Shown: one piece after another, positions 49,561 to 59,828 of the stretch
How positions within the stretch are numbered: the first letter of the stretch is position 1
Layout of the letters: each line of letters starts with the position of its first letter
Notes under the pieces: model-generated
The model's input: the letters and a program-made list of their open reading frames with translations, nothing else
Told to the model about the DNA's origin: nothing
Databases searched by the model: none
Assembly: GCA_048938105.1 (NCBI GenBank)
Contig: JBHLMN010000003.1
Span: 32,001-96,000, forward strand
DNA length: 64,000 nucleotides
Origin: Promethearchaeota archaeon
Lineage (GTDB): Archaea > Asgardarchaeota > Heimdallarchaeia > Hodarchaeales > Hodarchaeaceae
Direction of reading: 5' to 3'
Program-made: the position numbers and the translations under genes

Positions 49561-52500
49561 TTAATTAGAGTTTTTTCGACCTCGCTTAACGAGTATCACT
49601 AGAAATGAGGAAATAAAAATCAAAAGGAGGATTCTAATTTCCAAAGGTGGTGGGGGAGGCGGCCTCTTAATACCATTACTCACTGAAAAAGCACGATCAG
49701 AAACATCTTCTTGAAAAACATTATCAGAACCAAATGCTATGACTTTAATCTTATATAATGACCCATCGTAACAATCTAAAGTGTTCCAATTATAATAGGC
49801 TCTAGAATAATATTGAGTACTAGAAATTATGGAATTCCACTCCGCTCCATTATTTTCGGAGAATAACACAATATAATGGATCGGATAGTCGTGTGAGTCC
49901 ACAGCTTCCATCCATTCGATACGAACGTTTCCACTGACTCTTTCCCCACCATTGGGATAAAGAACTTGATTACCAAGGACACAATGAGGTGGTGGATTGG
50001 GATGAGTAATAGGATACGGATCATAATTTAGTGCACTCCCATTAATAAGGTACGGTAAATCCACAAATCCATCATTTTCTTTATCAGGAATTACCCAATC
50101 AGTATAGTAGTTAAAAATAATATTATTCTCCGTACCATCGTCGAATACTTGTGATGTAGTTATATTATTATACTGTAAAAGAAATAGGGAGTTTTCAATG
50201 AAATCATTATACTTAATGCTGTTATAGGAACTTTCTGGATCTAGATAACATCCATAGGAATTATGAGATATTGAATTATGGGATATTATAGTCCCGATTG
50301 AACTGTTAACACTAATTCCAATCATGTTCCTTGAAAGCTCATTTCTTTCAACCGTGATGAATTCACTCCGTTGAAGCTGAATTCCTCCTATGAAAAGGTT
50401 AGAAAGACAATTATCAGTAATGCTATTATCATCGATTCGTATATTTCTTACACTATCTATCATTATACCTGTGTGGTAATTAATGCAAATATCATTATTC
50501 GATATCTCTATGTTCTCACCATCCTCTCTCAAAAGGATACCCGCACCTTTATTTCGAATAATTACATTATTAGAAATTATTGACGAGCTAGACTCATAAA
50601 TCTCAATTCCAAGACTATTATTCTGTATCAAATTGTTCTCAATGCAAATTTCTGTTCCCCAATTGAGACGTATGCCACTTCCAAGGTTATTCGCAATTAA
50701 GTTATCAGATAAATTGCAAGACTCAGTATCTTCTATTCTTACTCCTGAAAAAAGATGATTCATTATGGAATTATTGATTATCATAGTATTTGATGATCCT
50801 TGAACAAAGATTCCCTCCCATGAATTGTTATGAATCATATTTTCTGTAATCCAAGTACCTGGTGAATTCCAATATAATCTAATTCCTTCCTGATTCAGAA
50901 AAATATTATTCTTTGATATTGTGTTAAAAATGGAATCCTGCAGCTTAATTCCTATTTGACTATTGCTTGTTACTAAATTATTGCTAATATTGTTATACTT
51001 TGATTCACTCAGATGAATTCCCTGACTATTTTGAGCAATATAATTCCCTGAAATATCACAATTTATAGAATTCTGGAGCGTGATTGCTATATTGCTATTG
51101 TTAGAAAAACAATTATCCCTAATTCTGACCTCATTTGACCAAGCTACAATAAGTGAACTTGCCACTGAATCGATATTTACATTAGTCACATTTATTCTCT
51201 GAACATCTATTAGAAAAATTTGTCCTGCATTTTTAGACACAACACTGTCAGTTACATCATTCCAGTAGACAAAGGGTTTACCATTCACTGTGTTATTCCT
51301 GACAATCCGCTGTTCAAAGTCATATTTAGACCATCCATGAATAGAAAATCCGTGGCCTATAATAGTATTATTTGCTAGGATATTATACCCTGAATTCTCT
51401 AATTCTATTCCACCACCGTTATAAGCAACAAAATTGTCTGTGATTGAATATTCATCTCCATCAGAGATCCGGATTCCACATTCTGAATTGTTGATTATTC
51501 TGTTGTTAATTATCGAACTATTAGATAATCTGCATAGATCAATTCCTCTTGAGCTATTGATCACAATATTATCTTTAATCGTACTGCCTATTGTAAGTTC
51601 ATCTTCTTCAATCACAACTCCCCCCTCTTGATTCATCATAATAGTATTATTAGTGATTGTTATATTTTCTGTATTTACTATTCGTATGGCTTGATGATTA
51701 AAATTAATGCTATTATTAATAATCAAACAATCAATACAATTCCCCAAAAAAATTGCAAGCTCATTATTATTATTTAATGTACAATTAGTAATCGTTACAT
51801 CACTACACGAGTACATATCAATCCCTCCTGATGCAAAAGAGAGATTCTGATTCAAAATAGAGATATAGGAAGAGAATTTCAAGATAATTTGTCCTGCTTC
51901 AGATATCACTTTGTCTGAAACATTTAGCCAATAAATCAAAGGTTTTCCATTTACAGAATTATTTACCACCTCTTGTGAAAAGTGGGCTGACTCCCATCCA
52001 TCTATATATAGCCCATGACCAAATAATGTATTGTTAACGATTCTATTGTATTTAGAGGCCCATAATTTAATTCCTCCCTCATTGTTACTTACTTTATTAT
52101 TAATAATATTACATACACTTGAATCGGCTATTTCAATCCCATTAAGAGAATTATCATTGATTATATTGTTCGATATTTGGATATCTTGAACATTTCCCAG
52201 ATTGATCCCATTTGAATTATTGATAACTATATTTCTAGAAATAGTAGTATATTCTTTTGGAGTAATGATCTCATCCCATTCACAGACATAACCACGAGTC
52301 TGTTCACTCGGAGCATCGTTCCATTCACCTGAATCATCTGTCTCGACATAATCTTCTCCACCACTATCATTTGGTTCTCCAGAACCCCAATTAGTATAAT
52401 TAACTACCTCATCTGTCACCCATTGCCACTCCCCTTCAGTTATCTCATCAGTGAGACCAATCCAAAATGTGGGTTCACCCCAGCTTGTTAAGCTTCTAAC

Positions 52501-54078
52501 AAAATCATTCTCAGCTTGACTAGTGATCGTCACCAAGTGCCCTCCTAGAGCTTCGCAGTCTGTTTTTGCCTCCCTCCATGTTCTCGGAATAGTGATCATT
52601 TTGTATTCATGGCCATTATGTACTACCGGTTCAGGGATATTGGGATAAATCTCGAAAAGAAAAATACCTTCTTCTTGGTTATTCATAATCACATTATCTA
52701 GTATTTTCACTCCTACAGAGTATTTTATTTCTATTCCATAACCATTATTTGTGATATTATTAGAAGAGATAGTACAATTTCTTAAATCAGAAGAAGAGAT
52801 CCCAGAGTCAATATTGTTTGACAAGGAATTGTTTTGGACTGATACATTTGTGCAAGAGTACATTAATATGCCAACAGAGGCATAAGAAATATTCTGATTA
52901 GTTATTAACAAATCCTGACATCCTAAGAGGATTATCTCCCCTGCTTCAGGGACTATTTTTCCAGAAACATCTTCCCAAAAGATTAATGGTTTACCATTAA
53001 TGGAATTATTCGTCAAATCATGTTGCTTATAGGTATATGACTCCCCTTCGGTAATTACTAACCCATTGTTTGTAAGCATGTTATCCACAATTATATTGTT
53101 AAATGACCTATCAAGGTTTATTCCTCTCCGATTATTCTCAATCAGATTACCTTGAATAAAATTTTCAGGTGAATAGCTCAAGTCAATACCGTTCTCCATA
53201 TTTACTGAGACAGTATTATCCCTGATATAATTGTCATTGGAGTCTTGAAGCTGGATTGCATTGTTATTATTTTCTAATATTGAATTATTTTGAATTGTGT
53301 TGCTATAAGAAGAATAGAGGGTAATTCCATCCCCACCATACCACCACCAATAGAACTGTCTATGTCTAAGATTTTTAGTTATGTTGTTCTGGATAATATC
53401 ATTATTCCAAGAATCATCAATAAAAATCCCATATTTATTGTGAAAAATAGAATTTTGTTTGATTAAATTCCTATTTGAATTTCGGAATTGAATTCCGTAT
53501 GAATTATTAGAAAGAACATTATTCCTTAATTCGATCTTTGATGACCTAGCTAAATAAATCCCAGTTGAACAATTATAGATATTATTCTGTGTAATTCGAC
53601 TATCTTCTATAAATTCTAGCCTAATTCCCGAATCTGTTGAAAAAGAGATCGAGTTGTCTACAATTACTCCATTTGATAGACCCAACAGATGAATCCCGAT
53701 CTCTCCTCCTATAATCGTGCAATTTGAGATAATAAAATAAACAGACGTGCCTTGTATATCAATCACTCTTTGCCACTCAGTCCCATGGAGTGTTAAATTT
53801 TCAATTAGGAATGGATTAGTAGCAGTACCCTCACCATCCCAATTCATTTGAGAAGCCATTTGGAGAAAATCGTCATCGCTTCCAATATAAATGGAATTAG
53901 AGTCAACATTTACTTTATCAACAGTTCTTACAGGAGAGATTAATGTTGTATAGGGAAGAAATTTTCCAAGAGGAGAAAAATAATCGATATTTAAGGGAAC
54001 ATTGAAGGGAAAGATTATAGAAAGAGTAAAAAATGTACATATAGTGATTTTTAATATGATTTTGTTTTCTTTTTGCAT
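49561..54078 (-). CDS. NosD/CASH parallel beta-helix surface protein with an inserted C-type lectin domain, Ig-like domain and TM anchor
   Basis: GIxLxxSxxNxIxxNxIxNN repeats, GEGTATNPFLIEN and three NGKP modules. CTL motifs WIGL, EPN and WND. YPNGGE Ig-like domain, then PPPPPP-TM-KRGRK. Confidence 0.88.
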   Translation of the reverse strand: MQKENKIILKITICTFFTLSIIFPFNVPLNIDYFSPLGKFLPYTTLISPVRTVDKVNVDSNSIYIGSDDDFLQMASQMNWDGEGTATNPFLIENLTLHGTEWQRVIDIQGTSVYFIISNCTIIGGEIGIHLLGLSNGVIVDNSISFSTDSGIRLEFIEDSRITQNNIYNCSTGIYLARSSKIELRNNVLSNNSYGIQFRNSNRNLIKQNSIFHNKYGIFIDDSWNNDIIQNNITKNLRHRQFYWWWYGGDGITLYSSYSNTIQNNSILENNNNAIQLQDSNDNYIRDNTVSVNMENGIDLSYSPENFIQGNLIENNRRGINLDRSFNNIIVDNMLTNNGLVITEGESYTYKQHDLTNNSINGKPLIFWEDVSGKIVPEAGEIILLGCQDLLITNQNISYASVGILMYSCTNVSVQNNSLSNNIDSGISSSDLRNCTISSNNITNNGYGIEIKYSVGVKILDNVIMNNQEEGIFLFEIYPNIPEPVVHNGHEYKMITIPRTWREAKTDCEALGGHLVTITSQAENDFVRSLTSWGEPTFWIGLTDEITEGEWQWVTDEVVNYTNWGSGEPNDSGGEDYVETDDSGEWNDAPSEQTRGYVCEWDEIITPKEYTTISRNIVINNSNGINLGNVQDIQISNNIINDNSLNGIEIADSSVCNIINNKVSNNEGGIKLWASKYNRIVNNTLFGHGLYIDGWESAHFSQEVVNNSVNGKPLIYWLNVSDKVISEAGQIILKFSSYISILNQNLSFASGGIDMYSCSDVTITNCTLNNNNELAIFLGNCIDCLIINNSINFNHQAIRIVNTENITITNNTIMMNQEGGVVIEEDELTIGSTIKDNIVINSSRGIDLCRLSNSSIINNRIINNSECGIRISDGDEYSITDNFVAYNGGGIELENSGYNILANNTIIGHGFSIHGWSKYDFEQRIVRNNTVNGKPFVYWNDVTDSVVSKNAGQIFLIDVQRINVTNVNIDSVASSLIVAWSNEVRIRDNCFSNNSNIAITLQNSINCDISGNYIAQNSQGIHLSESKYNNISNNLVTSNSQIGIKLQDSIFNTISKNNIFLNQEGIRLYWNSPGTWITENMIHNNSWEGIFVQGSSNTMIINNSIMNHLFSGVRIEDTESCNLSDNLIANNLGSGIRLNWGTEICIENNLIQNNSLGIEIYESSSSIISNNVIIRNKGAGILLREDGENIEISNNDICINYHTGIMIDSVRNIRIDDNSITDNCLSNLFIGGIQLQRSEFITVERNELSRNMIGISVNSSIGTIISHNSISHNSYGCYLDPESSYNSIKYNDFIENSLFLLQYNNITTSQVFDDGTENNIIFNYYTDWVIPDKENDGFVDLPYLINGSALNYDPYPITHPNPPPHCVLGNQVLYPNGGERVSGNVRIEWMEAVDSHDYPIHYIVLFSENNGAEWNSIISSTQYYSRAYYNWNTLDCYDGSLYKIKVIAFGSDNVFQEDVSDRAFSVSNGIKRPPPPPPLEIRILLLIFISSFLVILVKRGRKNSN

Positions 54079-54496
54079 TGAAATTTCATCTAAATCGATT
54101 TTCTCTAAAAGAGCAATTGACTATATAATAGGCAGCTCCATGGGTTAAAAAAATATCACCTTGTCTCTGCAATCACTTCCTTATGATTAACTTAGATAAG
54201 CTAAAAAATCTATTGGATCACTCTAGATAGCCGTTTTTTTCAGATTGGATAATAATATTTTGTTTAATTCCTTTTTGTAAGAGTATCCCCTGAATAGATC
54301 ACAAAACAATAAAGATAATGACATCTTAAGGGAGTTTTTTTTCAGGTTTTGAAACTCCTTTTATGATAATTTGTCGTAAAATAGGGATTTTGCGACATTA
54401 AATATTCCCAAAAAAACAAAATAATAAACTCAACATTTTGCGCTTTACGAAGGCAATGGACTGCATCTGCATACTCCCACCCAAATGGAACGGGGG

Positions 54497-54690
54497 CTGG
54501 TGAAAACCGACACCAGTGGCAATGTGACATGGCATCAAACCTAGGGGGCACTGAAGATGATTAGGGGGCTTGCTGTCATCCAAACCGTCGATGGGGGATT
54601 TACCGTGGCAGGATGTTTTGATTTGAACATAGAGTATGATATAGGTAGTGCATTTGCCGAGTACAGTGATGTAGATATGTGGTTGGTGAT
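54497..54690 (+). pseudogene. Frameshifted fragment of a secreted beta-propeller repeat gene
   Basis: Reads LVKTDTSGNVTWHQT / GGTEDD / GLAVIQTVDGGFTVAG...DVDMWLV across two frameshifts. This matches the common LVKTDxxGxxxWxxTYGG repeat. Confidence 0.7.
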
Positions 54691-54720
54691 GAGCTTACAC
54701 AGGATTCTCGGATATGTAAA

Positions 54721-54852
54721 CCGTTCCTTGATACCTATGCTTTTATTGCTTACAATAAAAGCAGATCATTCCTGATTCATAAAGTTGGGCCCAGAAGTAC
54801 TAGGTCTTACCGATTCTCCGCAAGCGTTTAAAGTATCCGAGGAACTCACGGT
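54721..54852 (-). ncRNA. Putative TnpB omegaRNA (reRNA) scaffold
   Basis: ACCGTGAGTTCCTCGG...GCTTGCGGAGA, a perfect 11-bp hairpin (54738-54763) and a 3' GGAAC complementary to the 5' loop GTTCC. Confidence 0.6.
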
Positions 54853-55053
54853 GACTAAATTATCAAATGGATTGAATAACGTCTGAATAAGTGGACCATA
54901 AAAATGATAATAATTGACCAAATTACGAGCAGCATTCAAATCACGATCAATTCTAAGGCCACATAATGGACACACGTATATTCTATCTTGAAGCTTCAAA
55001 CCAGTGTGATAGTACAAACAATTGGCACGAAGCTTAGACGAGGGAAAGAAACG
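54766..55053 (-). pseudogene. tnpB: Truncated TnpB (Zn ribbon + RuvC-III)
   Basis: RFFPSSKL(R)ANC...LKLQDRIYVCPLCGLRIDRDLNAARNL...TVSSSDTLNACGE. The first Zn Cys reads CGT, and there is an in-frame TAG at 55063-55065. Confidence 0.85.
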
Positions 55054-55364
55054 AATATTTTTCTATATATCAGGTCAGAAAGTGGTACAAAGACTAAATC
55101 CTGACCAAATCTCGCGAATGAATGAGAAACTACATGTACTTTGCATTGCTGAAAATTGGTGCAAATGGAATACCTCATTGTGTGGATCTGAATATTCATG
55201 AAGGGATTTTTCAAGTGGAAATGGATCGATATCGCTTTTATCCCACTTGTCAATTGTATAACTTCCATTATAATTGGACATTATCTGATTATAAATAAGA
55301 CTGAGAATCTCTAAGCATAAACCTTAAATACTTAGTAATATTACAAAAAACTAAGTGATTTGAA

Positions 55365-55604
55365 TTGACACTTGATAGGATTGTGAAAATAACAAATCGT
55401 GGTATGGTAACAATCCCCGCCAGTTTGAGAAAAAAATATGGCCTTCAAGATGGAGATCAAGTTATAGTGGTAGAGGATGAAGGAATGTTGAAAATCATTC
55501 CAATTAAGAGCATTAAAAGTCTCCAAAAACGATCTGTTACAACAAAAGAAATGCTTGAAATTCTGAAGAGATCTAGAGAAGAAGAACTGGAGTTAGAAGG
55601 ATAA
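55365..55604 (+). CDS. vapB: AbrB/MazE/SpoVT-family antitoxin
   Basis: VKITNRGMVTIPASLRKKYGLQDGDQV. TAATG overlap with the PIN gene. Confidence 0.88.
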   Translation: MTLDRIVKITNRGMVTIPASLRKKYGLQDGDQVIVVEDEGMLKIIPIKSIKSLQKRSVTTKEMLEILKRSREEELELEG

Positions 55605-56014
55605 TGACTTCAAGAATCTGTTTAGATACAGGGCCTATCACACTTCACTTTACTAAGGATGAACCTAAAGAAATAACAACACTAATGAATGACATTAAAC
55701 AACAAAAGACTGAAGCTCATGTCATTTCGCCGATTTTAGTTGAAGTATTCAAGCACTTATGTATAGCAAAAGGTAAACAGTTTGCTGAATTAAGTATAAG
55801 TTCCTTACAGAAAATTTACCCATTAATATTTGTGTCATTATCAAATGACATAATCTTAAAAGCAGGAGGATTAAAATGTCAATATAGAAGGATACTTTCG
55901 TACTTCGATTGTTTAGTAATTGCCTATGCATTAAATGAAAAACTAGTTCTTCATACAACAGAAAAGGATTTTCCATCTATTCAGAATCTAAGGGTGAAAA
56001 AGTATCAATTCTGA
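55604..56014 (+). CDS. vapC: PIN-domain toxin (VapC)
   Basis: CLDTG, LVEV, LSYFDCLVIAYA and TTEKDF motifs. Confidence 0.87.
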   Translation: MTSRICLDTGPITLHFTKDEPKEITTLMNDIKQQKTEAHVISPILVEVFKHLCIAKGKQFAELSISSLQKIYPLIFVSLSNDIILKAGGLKCQYRRILSYFDCLVIAYALNEKLVLHTTEKDFPSIQNLRVKKYQF

Positions 56015-56577
56015 TTATTTTTTATTCTCTTTCATGTAATATACAGAGGTTCGTGTGTACTACCAACGTATCTTCAGACCTGTTCTTTAACTTTAATTTA
56101 ACGACAACAAGTGTGGTAACATATATAGCTTCATTCACATATTCAACGATATTGAAAGCGTTTTATGAATAAATTTCCTTGATATTACATAGGGATTTCA
56201 ATTAAACCGTATCTTTCCAAAATTTGAGATAACCAACGTTAAACAACAGAGGAAGGGAAGCTATAACCTGAAAATCTGAAAATGGGAATAATTCCCACCA
56301 CAAACGAGACAAGACATACAGGGCGGCAACGGCAAAAATAGACACTGATTCATAAAGCTCTATACTGAAATAAGTATGGAATTCATTAACGAAGAACAAC
56401 ATGAGGCTACAAGTAAGTAATAAGCTTTTTATTTCTTGAAGACTTTACATCACATCAAATTTTAAGTAAATAATATTTCATTTTCCTTTTTTTTTTGATG
56501 AAATTCTCGAAAGCTAGCTCTAACAATTATAAGGTAGATTTTACGACTAATATAGACTAAGGGAGGATTGTTATCCT

Positions 56578-57357
56578 TCATCCTAATACATATCTAGGAT
56601 AAGTAGATTTTGCTCTTTCTGCGATGTCTATGTCTATTTCTAAAGTTTTGAAAGGATTTGACTCATCTGTCCTTTCCAAGATATTTCCCTCAGGATCAAT
56701 TATCCATCCAACACCACCAAGGATTGTTTCATTATCTAAGGCCATTCCTTGGTGATTCGAGGAAATACAAAAAGCGCCTGAAATTACTGCAGCAGCTCTT
56801 CCCCCAGCAATCCATTTATCTACTGTTTCGAAAGGTGTAGCTCTTGGAACCGCAAGAATATGAATTCCCTGTTTTGCATATTCCCTAGCATGTTCCATGA
56901 ACCAGAGCTCGGTACAGATTGAAAATCCAATAGTTACCCCCCCTAAGGAAAAAACTGGGAATGATTTTTCCCCACGATCATACCATGTAGCCTCCCAGAA
57001 TCCTTCTTCATCAGGTAAATAGACCTTTTCATGGAGATCTTTAATTCCTAAATTTGCAGACCAAACATACCCTGAATTATACCGTTTGTTAGTTTCTGGA
57101 TGAATTACAGGTCTTGTTCCGATCACAAAATCCACCCCTAATTCGAGTAATCTTTGAATCCATAGATTATGCGATTCTATGGCTTTTTTCCATAACTCGA
57201 CATCAACTGCTTCTAAGGAACAAATCCAAGTATGAAAAGACATTTCAGGAAGTAATACTAAATCGCTTCTATGATGTTTAGTATGTCTTACTAATTGCTG
57301 CCAATGATTATCTAACGTATCCAATTCGGTAGATAATTGACAAACAGTGACTTTCAT
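56578..57357 (-). CDS. Carbon-nitrogen hydrolase (nitrilase superfamily)
   Basis: Glu-Lys-Cys triad: LLPEM, HEKVYLP and SICTELWF. Confidence 0.9.
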   Translation of the reverse strand: MKVTVCQLSTELDTLDNHWQQLVRHTKHHRSDLVLLPEMSFHTWICSLEAVDVELWKKAIESHNLWIQRLLELGVDFVIGTRPVIHPETNKRYNSGYVWSANLGIKDLHEKVYLPDEEGFWEATWYDRGEKSFPVFSLGGVTIGFSICTELWFMEHAREYAKQGIHILAVPRATPFETVDKWIAGGRAAAVISGAFCISSNHQGMALDNETILGGVGWIIDPEGNILERTDESNPFKTLEIDIDIAERAKSTYPRYVLG

Positions 57358-57421
57358 GCTAAGTCTCTCATCTCTAATAATTTATGGAGTTCTTTTGAAA
57401 ATTTCTTAATAAATTCAAAAC

Positions 57422-58897
57422 TCACAAAATTCCGACTCTCTCATTAAATTCTGTAATTAAACTATCAATTTTAGGTGTTAGCAGCTTTATAGAACCCCAG
57501 TAGTTATCGTAATCATACCACTGTCTATTTAATTCGTCAATAGACTTTCCTTGTTGTTCAATCCATGTGAAATATTTGAGATGATGGATCCTTTTTCGTT
57601 CAATGTAACGGAGTTCAGCCATACTATCAGTTCTTATTCCATGTATTGATTGATGAAAATCCGCTGATGCTTTAAGTTCGTTGTATTCACCGTATTCTCC
57701 TCGCAATTCTCTGACCCTAGAGCCATATAATTCCATAGAATCCGTGAAAACAGTTAAAATCAGATCTTTTCGAGCTAATTCATAATATTTGGCAAATTTA
57801 ATTGCCATAAGGACATTTGCTATGCTAGAAATACCTAAAAGATGAAGTTGATCCACTAAACTTTCAGGTACCCCTTGTTTCAGAAGATATTTATGTCCTA
57901 CTGGTTCATTAAAGAGGCGAACCAAATTCATGCAATCACGATCATCTATGGCTATAACCATATCAGTATTTCTAATATTATGAATCCATGGAACATGCTT
58001 ATCGCCGATTCCTTCAATTCTATGATATCCATATCCATTTAGTAACAAGGTTGGACATTGTACTGACTCCCCAGCAACAATCTTACTAGTTGGATATCGT
58101 TCTTTCAGAAAATCACCACACCCAATGGTTCCTGCAGACCCAGTTGTCAAACAAACTCCTCTATAATTATCACCTTTGAGTTCTTTGTCAAGAACTTCCT
58201 TCATTGCATTACCAGTTACTTCATAGTGCCACAGATGATTACCAAATTCATCAAACTGATTGAATAGAACTATTGCATCATCTCCTCGTTCCCTTCTTAG
58301 CTCCCAGCATTTATCAAAGATTTCCTTGACATTTGATTCTCCTCCAAGTGTCGCTATAATTTCTCCACTTACTGTTTTCAACCAATCGAATCGTTCACGA
58401 CTCATTTCTTCTGGGAGAATTGCTATCGAATCACATGCTAAAAGTGTTGAATCGAATGCCCCCCCTCTACAGTAATTTCCTGTGCTTGGCCAGACTGCTT
58501 TTTGGGTTGTAGGGTCAAATTGTCCCGTTACAAGACGTGGAACCAAACAAGCATAAGTTGCACCTACTTTATGAGCACCTGTTGGAAACCATTTTCCCAC
58601 GAGTGCGATAATCCGTGCTTCGACTCCTGTTAATTCAGGAGGTAGTTCAACATAATTAGCAATATCAGTGAACCCTCCACCAAATTCCTTGGGCTCGTTT
58701 TTCCAAGTAATTCGGAAAAGATTACGAGGATGAACTTCCCATAAGCTTAGGTTACTCAATTCATCTTTAACGGATGATGAAACCAATTTTTTAGGATCCT
58801 TTTCTTCTTCAAATGTTGGAATGATTATATTCCTTTCTCGTGCTCGTTGAACAGCTCGGTCTAGTATTTCTTCATTTTTAGTTAAATTAATCATCAA
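57422..58897 (-). CDS. PLP-dependent fold-type II enzyme (cysteine/threonine synthase-like, extended)
   Basis: FPTGAHKVG (PLP lysine), STGNYCRGG, TTGSAGT and HRIEGIGD motifs. Confidence 0.85.
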   Translation of the reverse strand: MMINLTKNEEILDRAVQRARERNIIIPTFEEEKDPKKLVSSSVKDELSNLSLWEVHPRNLFRITWKNEPKEFGGGFTDIANYVELPPELTGVEARIIALVGKWFPTGAHKVGATYACLVPRLVTGQFDPTTQKAVWPSTGNYCRGGAFDSTLLACDSIAILPEEMSRERFDWLKTVSGEIIATLGGESNVKEIFDKCWELRRERGDDAIVLFNQFDEFGNHLWHYEVTGNAMKEVLDKELKGDNYRGVCLTTGSAGTIGCGDFLKERYPTSKIVAGESVQCPTLLLNGYGYHRIEGIGDKHVPWIHNIRNTDMVIAIDDRDCMNLVRLFNEPVGHKYLLKQGVPESLVDQLHLLGISSIANVLMAIKFAKYYELARKDLILTVFTDSMELYGSRVRELRGEYGEYNELKASADFHQSIHGIRTDSMAELRYIERKRIHHLKYFTWIEQQGKSIDELNRQWYDYDNYWGSIKLLTPKIDSLITEFNERVGIL

Positions 58898-58995
58898 GTC
58901 TACTCCTTTATCACAGGATTGTTAGTTTAAGGAGAAATAATAGATTCTTTTTCTATTATTTCTAATTGTATTATAGTAAATACTTTGGTAGCTTT

Positions 58996-59793
58996 TCATG
59001 CTCTTTTTAATGGAGTCTTACAGGAATAACAAGTCTTTGCAAAGATATTTGCCTTATATGTTGTTTTACATTTTGGGCAATATAATCCCCAAGGTTGTTC
59101 TAGAGAAGCTTCTCGATAGTCAGTCAAACCTTTCTTCATAATTTCTTCAGTACTTAAGAATATGGGGAGTTCTGATACATTTTCAACATAACTAAATTCT
59201 TTGACTATTTGATTGAATTCAGCATCAGTTAAGGGATTCCAAGTCATAATCCAAGTTTGAACTTGTTTGAGCGTTGGAGTTACTAGAATTGATCTCTTCA
59301 TTATCAGGTTTAAATCTAGAGTACGTATCTTATCTTTATGATAGTCTTCTTTCAATGGGAGAGAGTAGTCAGTAATACCTTTATTTAAGATCTTTGAATT
59401 GTGATTTTTGATAAGTTTAAAGAAATTATTCTTAACTAATGGATCTATTCTAAGAGAACAATCTCGATTCGTGATATTAACAGTTAAATCATATTCATTA
59501 ACTAAAAATTCTCCAATATTCACTCCTGTATACTTCTTGTTTGGATAATCGCGACAACTGTCAATTCGGAATCCCTCCCCTACAGCAGAGATTAATACAA
59601 AGAATAGCCATTTTTTCCAATGTGTGTTTAATTGTGATATTTGCAGCAAGAACTGCGTGGCTAAAACTAATAGGAATTGTGATACGTCCATCGTTTCATC
59701 AGAATCTTTGGAATAATTACGAATATCACGTGAAAAGCATATCTCGATAATATTAGAAGAGAAAATTATAAAAATACTAAAATTATCACTCAT
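58996..59793 (-). CDS. Hypothetical protein with a C-terminal Zn ribbon; start uncertain
   Basis: YCPKCKTTY...TCYSCKTPL at the C-terminus. Confidence 0.6.
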   Translation of the reverse strand: MSDNFSIFIIFSSNIIEICFSRDIRNYSKDSDETMDVSQFLLVLATQFLLQISQLNTHWKKWLFFVLISAVGEGFRIDSCRDYPNKKYTGVNIGEFLVNEYDLTVNITNRDCSLRIDPLVKNNFFKLIKNHNSKILNKGITDYSLPLKEDYHKDKIRTLDLNLIMKRSILVTPTLKQVQTWIMTWNPLTDAEFNQIVKEFSYVENVSELPIFLSTEEIMKKGLTDYREASLEQPWGLYCPKCKTTYKANIFAKTCYSCKTPLKRA

Positions 59794-59828
59794 AACAACA
59801 TTCCAACAATAAAAATAAGCTTAGAACA

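Larger units (their letters stand above)
54721..55053 (-). mobile_element. IS607-like (IS200/IS605 superfamily TnpB) element remnant: tnpB 3' end plus right end
   Basis: tnpB C-terminal fragment followed by a hairpin and terminal GGAACGG. No transposase or left part was seen. Confidence 0.75.

Noticed and set aside
49561-54078. C-type lectin as a diversity-generating retroelement target
   Set aside because: No reverse transcriptase or template repeat was seen, and the CTL is internal with canonical sugar-binding motifs.
55075-55281. 68-aa and 90-aa ORFs upstream of the tnpB fragment as possible tnpA
   Set aside because: No serine-recombinase or HUH motifs.
56202-56402. 66-aa hydrophobic ORF
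   Set aside because: Short with no recognisable family. It may be a gene remnant but cannot be supported.
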